DNA of 64,000 bases from an uncultured Chthonomonadaceae bacterium. GTDB taxonomy: Bacteria > Armatimonadota > Chthonomonadetes > Chthonomonadales > Chthonomonadaceae. Below are positions 50,850 to 59,343 of the stretch, in pieces (within the stretch, counting starts at the first letter, position 1; every line of letters begins with the position of its first letter). The notes under the pieces are model-generated. The model searched no databases and was not told the DNA's origin. It worked only from the letters and a program-made list of their open reading frames with translations. The stretch is from NCBI GenBank assembly GCA_963835065.1, contig CAWIEK010000016.1:96001-160000 (forward strand), in the 5' to 3' direction. Both the position numbers and the translations under genes were made by a program.

Positions 50850-50898
50850 GCGTCCGCAGGACGCTTGCACTTTCCTGCCGGGGATTTTCAATCCCCGG
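50850..50898. repeat. REP-like family A, short copy
   Basis: GCGTCCGCAGGACGC...CCGGGGATTTTCAATCCCCGG. Confidence 0.88.
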
Positions 50899-50906
50899 AA
50901 CCATCT

Positions 50907-51203
50907 AAAAAAGAGCCAGACAACGCGAAAAAAGCGAAACCTTTGCCCTCTTCACTCTGTCTATACAGTACAAATGTCTACTATACAGAGACGAAGGTTG
51001 AACGTTGGTAGTTCCTATCAACTATCAACTATCAACTATCAACTTAAGAAGGGAGGTGCCAGTCCTATGTTTCACCCCTCCCGTCCGCCCTGACGCTGCC
51101 GAGGTCACGACGCCTCTCTCCTACAATTTGACACAACGAGACATCGGGCTGGAAGCGCTGTATTGCCAAGATTTCGACGATGCCTCTACATACCCTTTTT
51201 CTT
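50907..51203 (+). repeat. ~300 bp duplicated unit, copy 2
   Basis: Homologous to 16653-16951. Confidence 0.9.
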
Positions 51204-51352
51204 TTCCCATTTCGAGGTCCCGGCTCTGAACATAGTACGGAAAACTTACTTGTATGGGGTATGTTAAATATGTTCAATAATGTTTATTTACTCGCGCAAA
51301 GATACGCTGTCCAGGGATGCAGGTACAAGCCTGTCAAGGGAGGAGTGAGATC

Positions 51353-51568
51353 ATGCCTATTATCGTCAGTGTCATTGCCGCTCTGACTGCGGGAAGTTTG
51401 GTGTTGTTATGCCTGGTTGGGGATTATCCATGGGAATGGCTGATCATGAATCCCTTTACCGGCGCTGTGGGCGGATACATTGCCAGCGTACTGTTGACAT
51501 GGACGCGCGAAAGCCGCAACGCGGCAAGTCACTCCCGGCCGAAAACAGGATCGCAACCAGCAGACTGA
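51353..51568 (+). CDS. Small 2-TM hypothetical protein
   Basis: Strong SD GGGAGGAG; two hydrophobic segments. Confidence 0.6.
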   Translation: MPIIVSVIAALTAGSLVLLCLVGDYPWEWLIMNPFTGAVGGYIASVLLTWTRESRNAASHSRPKTGSQPAD

Positions 51569-51613
51569 GGAGAACGCAACGATGCGGAGCCTCCAGATCA
51601 GGAGAACACTACA

Positions 51614-51859
51614 ATGTACGTAGTTTCACGGTTTACCGGCGTACTGTTTCTATTTTTTGCCGGGTATATGGCCCTACATTCTTTGCGTCTGCTCAAATTA
51701 CAGCAGGCGTTTCTCAGCACAAACCTGCATCAGCCGGTAGATAATCACACTCGTATAATCTGGGGCTGTGAGTGCCTGCTCATAACCTTCGGCTTGCTGG
51801 CCTTCGGACTTCGCCTGATCCTCAAGCCTGTGCGATTAGACCAGCAAATATCCTGGTAG
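51614..51859 (+). CDS. Small 2-TM hypothetical protein
   Basis: SD AGGAG; two hydrophobic segments. Confidence 0.6.
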   Translation: MYVVSRFTGVLFLFFAGYMALHSLRLLKLQQAFLSTNLHQPVDNHTRIIWGCECLLITFGLLAFGLRLILKPVRLDQQISW

Positions 51860-51871
51860 AGAAAGAACCCT

Positions 51872-51924
51872 GCCGCTGCGCCGGAACCTGCCCAAACAGC
51901 CCGACGTATCCTAACCACAGGAGG
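51872..51924 (+). promoter_or_regulatory. ECF-sigma-like promoter plus SD (direct repeat copy 1)
   Basis: GGAACC...CGTATC...CAGGAGG; 49/53 identical to 52911-52963. Confidence 0.65.
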
Positions 51925-51933
51925 AAAGCAGAT

Positions 51934-52467
51934 ATGTTCCGTGAAGACAAAACCACACAGATGGCCGCGCGCTTCCTGCAATTAGCCGGAAAACGACTTC
52001 CGTACATCCAATTGCTGAAACTGCTTTACCTTGCGGATAAGCAAATGCTCACTCAGCACGGAAAACCAATCACATACGACCGTTGGTATGCGATGAAATA
52101 CGGCCCGGTGCTGAGTTCGACCTATGATCTCATTAAGGGAAATAATCAATCCGAATACTGGTCAGATTACATCCAAACTGCGAACTATGACGTGGTACTT
52201 TGCAGCGACCCCGGCTCTGATGCTCTCTCGGTAACAGAAGACCGCATTATCGAAGCAGTGTTTGAAGAATACAAAGATCGCAACTGGCAGCAGATGGTTG
52301 ATGTTACGCATCAATTGCCTGAGTGGGAGAATTCAGGCAGCGCCTCGAAGGAAATAACCTACGAGGAAGTGCTTCAGATAGAAGGTTTCGACAAAGAAGA
52401 CATTGACAACATTCTGGACAATATACGTGTTCAAAATGATGTACATCTTGTTCTGGAGACGTTGTAA
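51934..52467 (+). CDS. Panacea (DUF4065/SocA-like) antitoxin
   Basis: LLKLLYLADK...GKPITYD...AMKYGPV...THQLPEW. Confidence 0.9.
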   Translation: MFREDKTTQMAARFLQLAGKRLPYIQLLKLLYLADKQMLTQHGKPITYDRWYAMKYGPVLSSTYDLIKGNNQSEYWSDYIQTANYDVVLCSDPGSDALSVTEDRIIEAVFEEYKDRNWQQMVDVTHQLPEWENSGSASKEITYEEVLQIEGFDKEDIDNILDNIRVQNDVHLVLETL

Positions 52468-52877
52468 TGGCGTCTTTTCAGGCAGGCGACACTTTCCTTC
52501 TTGGTGGGTTGGGCGGATTGGATGCAAAACTGCACTTGTTCGTCGTGGTTTGTGACCCCGCCGGAAACCCGTTGACGATCCTTGCCGTTCCATTCAACAC
52601 TGTTACCTCCACTACGGACACAACACTAATTCTTGAACCTGGGGAACATCCCTTCATCAACCGCAAAACGGCAGTAAGCTTCGACCTCCTGATGGAAATT
52701 GAGGTTGATAAGCTGGCTAAACTAGAACAACTGTCTGCGTCTGGTCAGGCTAACAAGTTTCAGCGCCATTCCCCCGCCTCGGATGATCTTCTCAAACGCA
52801 TTATTGAGGGTGCCTTGACTTCTGATCTCACGCCTAAAGCGATGGTGAAAGCTCTGAAAGCAAGACTCGAATTGTAG
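52467..52877 (+). CDS. Putative PemK/MazF-like toxin
   Basis: Coupled (TAATG) to Panacea; GDTF...HLFVVV...VPFNT...LEPGEHPFINRKTAV pattern. Confidence 0.65.
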   Translation: MASFQAGDTFLLGGLGGLDAKLHLFVVVCDPAGNPLTILAVPFNTVTSTTDTTLILEPGEHPFINRKTAVSFDLLMEIEVDKLAKLEQLSASGQANKFQRHSPASDDLLKRIIEGALTSDLTPKAMVKALKARLEL

Positions 52878-52910
52878 CGCATACTTCAGTACCTTGTTCT
52901 TTGACTCGCA

Positions 52911-52963
52911 GCCGCTTCGCCGGAACCTGCCCAAACCGCGCGGCGTATCCTAACCACAGGAGG
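52911..52963 (+). promoter_or_regulatory. ECF-sigma-like promoter plus SD (direct repeat copy 2)
   Basis: Directly precedes the quinone oxidoreductase ATG. Confidence 0.65.
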
Positions 52964-52974
52964 CATTACGACTT

Positions 52975-53937
52975 ATGAAAGCGATTCGCGTAGAGCAGTT
53001 TGGCGGGCCGGAAGCGTTGAAGTGGCAGGATGTGCCGGATTTGCAGCCCGAAGCGGGGCAAGTGGTGGTGCGGATCGGGGCGGCGGGCGTCAATCCGGTG
53101 GAAACGTATGTGCGGGCGGGCAAGTACGCGCGTCTGCCGCAGTTGCCCTATACCCCCGGTTCCGATGGCGCGGGAGCCGTGGAAACCGTTGGCGCAGATG
53201 TCAACGATGTGAAACCCGGCGACCGGGTATACCTTTTTGGCTCCGTTTCCGGCGCGTATGCCGAATACGCGCTGTGCGAACGGACGCAGGTATATCCTCT
53301 TGCCGACAGCCTTTCCTTTGCGCAGGGCGCGGCGATTGGCGTTCCCTATGGCACGGCGTGGCGGGCATTATTTACGCGGGGGCAGGCGCAGGCGGGGGAA
53401 ACCGTCCTGGTGCATGGCGCAACGGGCGGCGTGGGCATTGCCGCTATTCAAATTGCCAGAGCCGCCGGCCTGACCGTTATCGGCACGGCAGGGAGCGAGG
53501 CTGGCAGGCAATTGGCGCTGGCACAGGGCGCAGCCCATGTCCTGCCCCATGAACAGGGCAGCGATCCCGAACACATCAAAGCCTTGACAGACGGTAAGGG
53601 CGTCAACTTAATCTTGGAAATGCTCGCCAACGTCAACCTCAACAATGATTTCAAAGTATGCGCCCCGCATGGCCGCGTCGTCATCATCGGCAGCCGGGGA
53701 ACCGTAGAAATAGACCCCCGCCTGACCATGACAACCGAACTCGACATACGCGGCATGACCCTGATGGCCGCCACGCCCCACGAACTCGCCGATATGCACC
53801 GCGAATTGGGCAAAGGCTTTGCAGACGGTACGTTGCGTCCGATTATACAGCAGGAATTCCCCTTCACTGAAGCCGCCCATGCCCACGAACTCGTGATGCA
53901 GAACAACTCCGGCGGCAAAATCGTCCTCACGCCCTAA
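52975..53937 (+). CDS. qor: NADPH:quinone oxidoreductase (zeta-crystallin/MDR family)
   Basis: GVNPVE, PGSDGAG, VHGATGGVG, GKIVL. Confidence 0.92.
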   Translation: MKAIRVEQFGGPEALKWQDVPDLQPEAGQVVVRIGAAGVNPVETYVRAGKYARLPQLPYTPGSDGAGAVETVGADVNDVKPGDRVYLFGSVSGAYAEYALCERTQVYPLADSLSFAQGAAIGVPYGTAWRALFTRGQAQAGETVLVHGATGGVGIAAIQIARAAGLTVIGTAGSEAGRQLALAQGAAHVLPHEQGSDPEHIKALTDGKGVNLILEMLANVNLNNDFKVCAPHGRVVIIGSRGTVEIDPRLTMTTELDIRGMTLMAATPHELADMHRELGKGFADGTLRPIIQQEFPFTEAAHAHELVMQNNSGGKIVLTP

Positions 53938-54021
53938 ATAACACCCTTTTGCCTGCCCACCATCATGCAAACAAAAGAGTGATACGCGCCGCCCCACTAA
54001 ATCATGGATGGAGCCACCCCT

Positions 54022-54393
54022 TCAGACGTGCTGATCCACCAGAATCGAGTTCCCGTCCGGGTCTACGGCAATAAAGCTGCCCGGCCCGGTCGTATTCTCA
54101 TCGGCCTCCTGCATCAGCGTTACGCCTTCCCCTTTCAACCGGCGCTGCAATTCGCGAACGTCGGTGAAGGCAGTCAGCGCTTGCGCGTTGCTGTCCCATC
54201 CGGGGTTGAACGTGAGGATATTCTTCTCGAACATGCCTTGAAACAGGCCAATGACGTGAGTGCCGTTCTTCAAGATTAGCCAGTTCTGCGCCTCCTCCCC
54301 GGCAAAGACCGTGAAGCCAAATTTCTCGTAAAACGTCCGTGAAGCCTCAATATCCTTGACGGCCAAACTGATAGAAAACGCGCCGAGTTCCAT
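54022..54393 (-). CDS. VOC/glyoxalase family protein
   Basis: MELGAFSISLAVKDI...DPDGNSILVDQHV. Confidence 0.92.
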   Translation of the reverse strand: MELGAFSISLAVKDIEASRTFYEKFGFTVFAGEEAQNWLILKNGTHVIGLFQGMFEKNILTFNPGWDSNAQALTAFTDVRELQRRLKGEGVTLMQEADENTTGPGSFIAVDPDGNSILVDQHV

Positions 54394-54557
54394 AACCACG
54401 CTCCTTTCGTGTGTCAAGCAGTGCGATGCCGACCCTCGTTGTCGGATTATGGACTCACTCCACACACGGGAAAGAAAGCGGAATGTCAGTCAATTCGAGT
54501 TTCTATGTAGGTCTGAACGTCGCCGAAGGGTTGGCTGAAAAGCGTGAAGCCGTTCAG

Positions 54558-55501
54558 TCAAACCTTCGGAAATGTGTTGCAGAAAATGATGCGAAAGAAG
54601 TTCCGCAGGTCTACTGCTCGTAAACGCCCCGGTCCACATAGCCTCCCGGCGGGCTGAAACTTGCCTGCCCCAACCGGTTTCAGCGTGGAAAGGTCCAGGG
54701 CGTAGCGCTGAAAGAAATCCGGGGCGGCAGGGTAAATCAGGCCGGACAGTTCGCCGGTACGGCGTTTCGCGGCGTTGAAAAACTCGACGCGAACGGCAAC
54801 AGGTTTCGCCAGGGAAGCGGACAGGCTGAAACTCAGAGTGAGTTTGCCGAGGTTTGTTTCGGCATTGTTCACGGGCAAAAGCCCGCTGACCAGCGTCACG
54901 CGCCATTTGCCTGGCGTGGCGGGGATGTTACGCGCAATCAGCAGCAACCCGCCTGAAGCCTGCGTGGTATTCGCCACATCCACAGTTCCGGCCAGCTGGC
55001 GCCGCCCGCCCACGAACGCGATCCGGCGATGCCCCACTCCAATGGCGGAACATTGTCAATCAGCGCCACCGGAATTTTATTTTCATAAAAGGCAACGTTC
55101 AAGCGGCTGTGCGCTTCTTCGCTCAGGCCCACGATCAGCGCGCCCGCCAGTCGCCAGGCCAGGCAGCGCGCAATCGTGGCGTCGTCTACTCCATCGTAAG
55201 AAAGATGCAGGACTTTGTGCAGATAATCGTTTTGGCTGGTGGCTTCCATGGCCCCGGTCAGGATGTTGATGATGTTCTCGCCGGAATGGGGCGCGGTCAG
55301 AACGCCGATGATACGGCTTTTCCCCGTCACCATCGCGCGGGCAAACTGATTGCGCTGGTACCCAAGTTCCCGCGCCACCTCCAAAACCCGCTCCCGTGTC
55401 TGCGGGGAGATTTTGAGTTTGTCGGAAGTGCCGCCCAAAACAAACGAGACGGTAGCCTGCGAAACCCCCGCTCGCGCCGCGACATCACCCATCGTCACCA
55501 T
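54558..55501 (-). pseudogene. LacI-family regulator remnant with an internal deletion, fused to an unrelated gene fragment
   Basis: HTH DVAARAGVSQATVS; the sensor domain jumps from PPLEWG to GHRRIAF (frame change) and then into unrelated sequence. Confidence 0.7.
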
Positions 55502-55808
55502 GAACTTTACCGCTTTCTCTAAGTTAAACCTATTAGTTATACGTTTTAGTCGTTATGGCGTACAGTACAACCTACTTTATCCGGGAGCGCAAGGCCCTGC
55601 GGGAAAAATACCGGAAAATTGTTTCCAAACGTCTTCGATACTGTTCCGCAAGAATAAAGGAGGTTCCAAAATGGCAGACTCGCAGCCGCCTTGTAGAGGT
55701 ACACTAATCAAAAAGGGAAGAAAAGAAAGCAGAAGATTGAAGATAGAAGATAGAAGATAGAAGATAGAAGATAGAAGCCCAATACCCTGAACCTAAAACC
55801 CTACCATC

Positions 55809-57101
55809 ATGCACATCGCCTTTATCAGCTACGAATATCCACCCGAAACGCCCAACGGCGGCATTGCCACGTATGTCCAGCAGGCCGCGCGCATGTTGGC
55901 GGCGCGTGGGCATGACGTGGAAGTGTTTGCCGGCAGCCCCACCCGTGACGCCACGCTCCCCACCGACGGCCTGCTGATTCACCGCATCCATGTGGCGCAG
56001 CGCCCCGACTTCGCGGCCCGCGTCGCGCCCGCCTTTGCCCGCCGTCACCAGGCCGCGCCCTTTGACGTGATGGAAGGCCCCGACTACGACGCCGACGCCC
56101 GCTTCGCAGCCCAACAAGTCCCCGACCTGCCCTATGTCGTCCGCCTGCACACGCCGCGCTATCTTGCTGAGATTCTGAACACGCCGTTGCAAGAGGGGGA
56201 GAAGAGGAGAGAGGGTGAAGAGGAGACGCAGGAGGGAACAGGAAACAGGGAACAGGGAACAGAAGGAGCGGATGTCCTATCAACGATCAACGATCAACGA
56301 TCAACTACTGATTCATCCTTCATCCTTCATCCTTCATCCTTGTTTGACTATGCATACCGGCATGTCATAAAGGCAGACGGCATTACGGCTCCGTCGCAGG
56401 CTATGCGCGAGATTGTTGCGCGAGACTGGCAGATACCATTAGAACGCATTACGGTGTTCCCGAACGTGTACCGGCCTTCTCCGGCCCTGCTGCAATTACC
56501 GCCCGCGCCGGACTCGCGCATTGTTACCTACTTCGGACGCCTGGAACAGCGTAAGGGCGTGATTACCCTGGCCCGCGCCATTCCCGCCATTCTGCGGGCC
56601 TGCCCCGACGCTCGGTTTCGCTTCGTAGGCCGAACGCTCGAATCGCCGGAACCGGGTATAACCATGCGCGATTACCTTGCGCGGCTGCTCGCCCCCTGCG
56701 CCCATGCCGTCACCCTGTCCGGCCATATCTCGCTGGAAGAGATTCCCGCATTGCTTTCGGACACGGCTATCTGTGTTTTTCCAAGCCGATGGGAGAACTT
56801 TCCCGGTGTGTGCTTGGAAGCGATGGCGGCAGGCCGCGCGATTGTCGGCAGCGAAGCGGGCGGCATGGCCGATATGCTACAGGAAGACACGGGCGTTCTG
56901 ATCCCTCCCGACAACCCGCAACGCATTGCCGATGCCGTAATTAGTTTACTGTCTGATCCCGAACGTAGAGAACAAATAGGACAAAGGGCGCGGGGTCGCG
57001 TTCAGACCGTTTACAGCCCAACTCAATTGGCTCCTCTACAGGAAGCAGGTTATGAGGCAGCTATCCGACAGAAGCGGGAGAGGGATAAATGGCTACTGTG
57101 A
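55809..57101 (+). CDS. GT4 family glycosyltransferase with a repeat-derived in-frame segment
   Basis: EYPP...GGIATY, GRLEQRKG, ENFPGVCLEAMAAG. Confidence 0.93.
   Translation: MHIAFISYEYPPETPNGGIATYVQQAARMLAARGHDVEVFAGSPTRDATLPTDGLLIHRIHVAQRPDFAARVAPAFARRHQAAPFDVMEGPDYDADARFAAQQVPDLPYVVRLHTPRYLAEILNTPLQEGEKRREGEEETQEGTGNREQGTEGADVLSTINDQRSTTDSSFILHPSSLFDYAYRHVIKADGITAPSQAMREIVARDWQIPLERITVFPNVYRPSPALLQLPPAPDSRIVTYFGRLEQRKGVITLARAIPAILRACPDARFRFVGRTLESPEPGITMRDYLARLLAPCAHAVTLSGHISLEEIPALLSDTAICVFPSRWENFPGVCLEAMAAGRAIVGSEAGGMADMLQEDTGVLIPPDNPQRIADAVISLLSDPERREQIGQRARGRVQTVYSPTQLAPLQEAGYEAAIRQKRERDKWLL
56193..56341 (+). repeat. Intragenic composite cassette: purine 8-mer - (GGGAACA)n - (CGATCAA)n - (TTCATCC)x4
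   Basis: In-frame EGEKRREGEEETQEGTGNREQGTE...LSTINDQRST..SSFILHPSSL. Confidence 0.92.
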
Positions 57102-57120
57102 AGACACAGGATGTTGTGCC

Positions 57121-57654
57121 CTACGAATTTTGTTCTGTATGGTATTGACCCTTACCCTCTGATTGATTAGTATGCCCAACCTCGGCAGGGGCGTAGTGGA
57201 AAACCATATCCAGCAAGGCAGGAATGTTTTGCCAGCTATAGTCCTGAACGCGCAACAACTTTGTCTTGCTTCGGATCACGGCCTGCTTATGGCCGCGTGC
57301 TTGCGGCTGGATGGACACTTCTGTAATCTCATCCCACCCAAGCATTTGCCACTTTCCCAGATCCCGCCAGCGCAGGCTTGTTGCATCAGCAAGAATGCAG
57401 GCCCGCAACTCATGGGCGGCTCCCCAAACCGCAAGGCTCCACAAGCCGGCCACTATCACGCCCAACAAGCGCCAGGTGGAAACATCTGTTGGCGGTATCG
57501 GATGAGCGGGCGTCTGCGCGGAACGGACGATAACAGGCAGCAGCAGAAATCCACACCCACATACAAAGAAGATACCCGCGTACGCCCATCCTAATCCACC
57601 TGCGGGGCGGCACGTCACTAAAGGCGGCTGTTCCATCTTAATTTCTTTTCGCAT
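57121..57654 (-). CDS. 2-TM membrane protein with possible bacterial PH-like domain
   Basis: Two TM segments then LRWR...LGWDEITEV pattern. Confidence 0.6.
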   Translation of the reverse strand: MRKEIKMEQPPLVTCRPAGGLGWAYAGIFFVCGCGFLLLPVIVRSAQTPAHPIPPTDVSTWRLLGVIVAGLWSLAVWGAAHELRACILADATSLRWRDLGKWQMLGWDEITEVSIQPQARGHKQAVIRSKTKLLRVQDYSWQNIPALLDMVFHYAPAEVGHTNQSEGKGQYHTEQNS

Positions 57655-57686
57655 TGTTTGGAAAATTGCGCGTCTGACAGCGCATT

Positions 57687-58985
57687 TTACAAATTTTTGC
57701 CCAGCATGGAATCAAACAAGGGCTGCATCGCATCTGCCCATACCTGATAGCCTGCCCCAACCAGATGCAGTTGATCGGCGTTGTACAGTTTCGGCATCAC
57801 CACGCCGGGCGCGGACATAAACTGCGGCCCCAAATCCAGAAACCGTACCTGTCGGTTCCGGCCCGCCAGTTTGGAAATTGTGAGATTGATGTTGGCGATG
57901 CGCTGGCAAAAGTATTCGTTCTGGCGCGGCAGCAATCCCATCAGCAGCACTCTCACGTTGGGCAGTTTTTGGCGCAACTCGTCCACGATCAGCCCGATGC
58001 CATCCGCGATTTCCCCATCCGTGCCCGCGTTGAAGTCGCTGTACAGGTTGTTCGTGCCAATCATCAGCACCACCAGTTTCGGATGCAGGCCGTCCAGTTC
58101 GCCATGCGTGATACGCCACAAGACCTGCCGCGTACTGTCGCCGCCCATGCCGAAATTGACAGCTTTGTAGGGCGCGTAACGCTTGTCCCAGATCGCTTTG
58201 CCATCAATCCCCCACCCCTGCGTGATGCTGTCTCCATAAAAAATCACGTCTATGTCGCCCCGTTTCGCCCGCTCCACAAAACCTTGGTGCGTGGCAAGCC
58301 AGGCGTTGGGAAACTGCGGGTAAAAGCCCCATCCCGGCACAGCAGGCTTGTCTTTTTCAGGCGGGCCGCTTGTCATTGCATCGCCGGACGTTCCCTTATC
58401 TATGGCAGTGGAGGCTTCATGTACTTCGTCCAGCCACGCGCTGCCATTGCCTTCCACCAGCAGCCCGATGTTGAAAGAAGCTGTCCAGGGCGGCAAGGTG
58501 ATTTCTTTCGCAAACGCGATCCAGTCCGTTTCGCCCTGCGCGTACTTGACCTGTATGAATTGGTTCTGCTTGTTTCCCTCGGCAAACGCCTGCACCATCA
58601 CCTGCGCCTTCACCGCCCCGGACGTCTTGAACCATCCGGCCAGGGTAAACTTCGCCCCCGCGCCGCCCGTGATTGTCTGGAAACCCGACCCGCTTTTGCC
58701 GCCCGACACGGAAACGCGAAACGAAGCCGGCCCGGTTTTGAAAACCCGCGTATCCCGCGCCAACTGCGCATCCCCGAATTTGCCGTTCCACGCGGCGGGC
58801 ACATCCCCGCCCTGCGTCATTCCGCCGTTCTTAATGACAAGTTTGAACGCGGCAGCCGAACTGCCCGCATTGCCCGGTTTCGCCTGAGCCAATGCCTGCA
58901 TCCCTGCCTGATTCAGCAGGAGAAACAGGAACAGGCCCGCCGCGCCTATTTGGTAGAACCTTTGAAAAGTTGTGTTTGTTTGCAT
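57687..58985 (-). CDS. Secreted SGNH/GDSL esterase with N-terminal CBM-like domain
   Basis: GDSITQG, GMGGD, IGTNN, DQLH. Confidence 0.92.
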   Translation of the reverse strand: MQTNTTFQRFYQIGAAGLFLFLLLNQAGMQALAQAKPGNAGSSAAAFKLVIKNGGMTQGGDVPAAWNGKFGDAQLARDTRVFKTGPASFRVSVSGGKSGSGFQTITGGAGAKFTLAGWFKTSGAVKAQVMVQAFAEGNKQNQFIQVKYAQGETDWIAFAKEITLPPWTASFNIGLLVEGNGSAWLDEVHEASTAIDKGTSGDAMTSGPPEKDKPAVPGWGFYPQFPNAWLATHQGFVERAKRGDIDVIFYGDSITQGWGIDGKAIWDKRYAPYKAVNFGMGGDSTRQVLWRITHGELDGLHPKLVVLMIGTNNLYSDFNAGTDGEIADGIGLIVDELRQKLPNVRVLLMGLLPRQNEYFCQRIANINLTISKLAGRNRQVRFLDLGPQFMSAPGVVMPKLYNADQLHLVGAGYQVWADAMQPLFDSMLGKNL

Positions 58986-59160
58986 TGCAGGTCATCCTCG
59001 CTTCTGCTGGAGTTTTTGGAAACATACATGCAGAGCGTTCTCTGTATGTTGGCTTAATTCCTGCATGAAATATAGTTTAGGGGAATGGATACCGGAGATT
59101 GAAAATTCCCGTCTGAACAAAACAAACGTCATGAGGACGCGATTGTGTTATTTTGAATTG

Positions 59161-59213
59161 TGCGTCCGCAGGACGCTTGCACTTTCCTGCCGGGGATTTT
59201 CAATCCCCGGCCA
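59161..59213. repeat. REP-like family A, short copy
   Basis: Core identical to 50850-50898. Confidence 0.88.
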
Positions 59214-59343
59214 GTATTTCACAGCAAGCGTTTTCAACACCTGGCGCGAGGCTACAATTTTGTTGAGCAGGAAATCGGCGGCGACACGGCGAAAAGAATA
59301 CAAGATACGCGAAATTTCTCTGCCCGAAGGAGGGTCTTGAATC

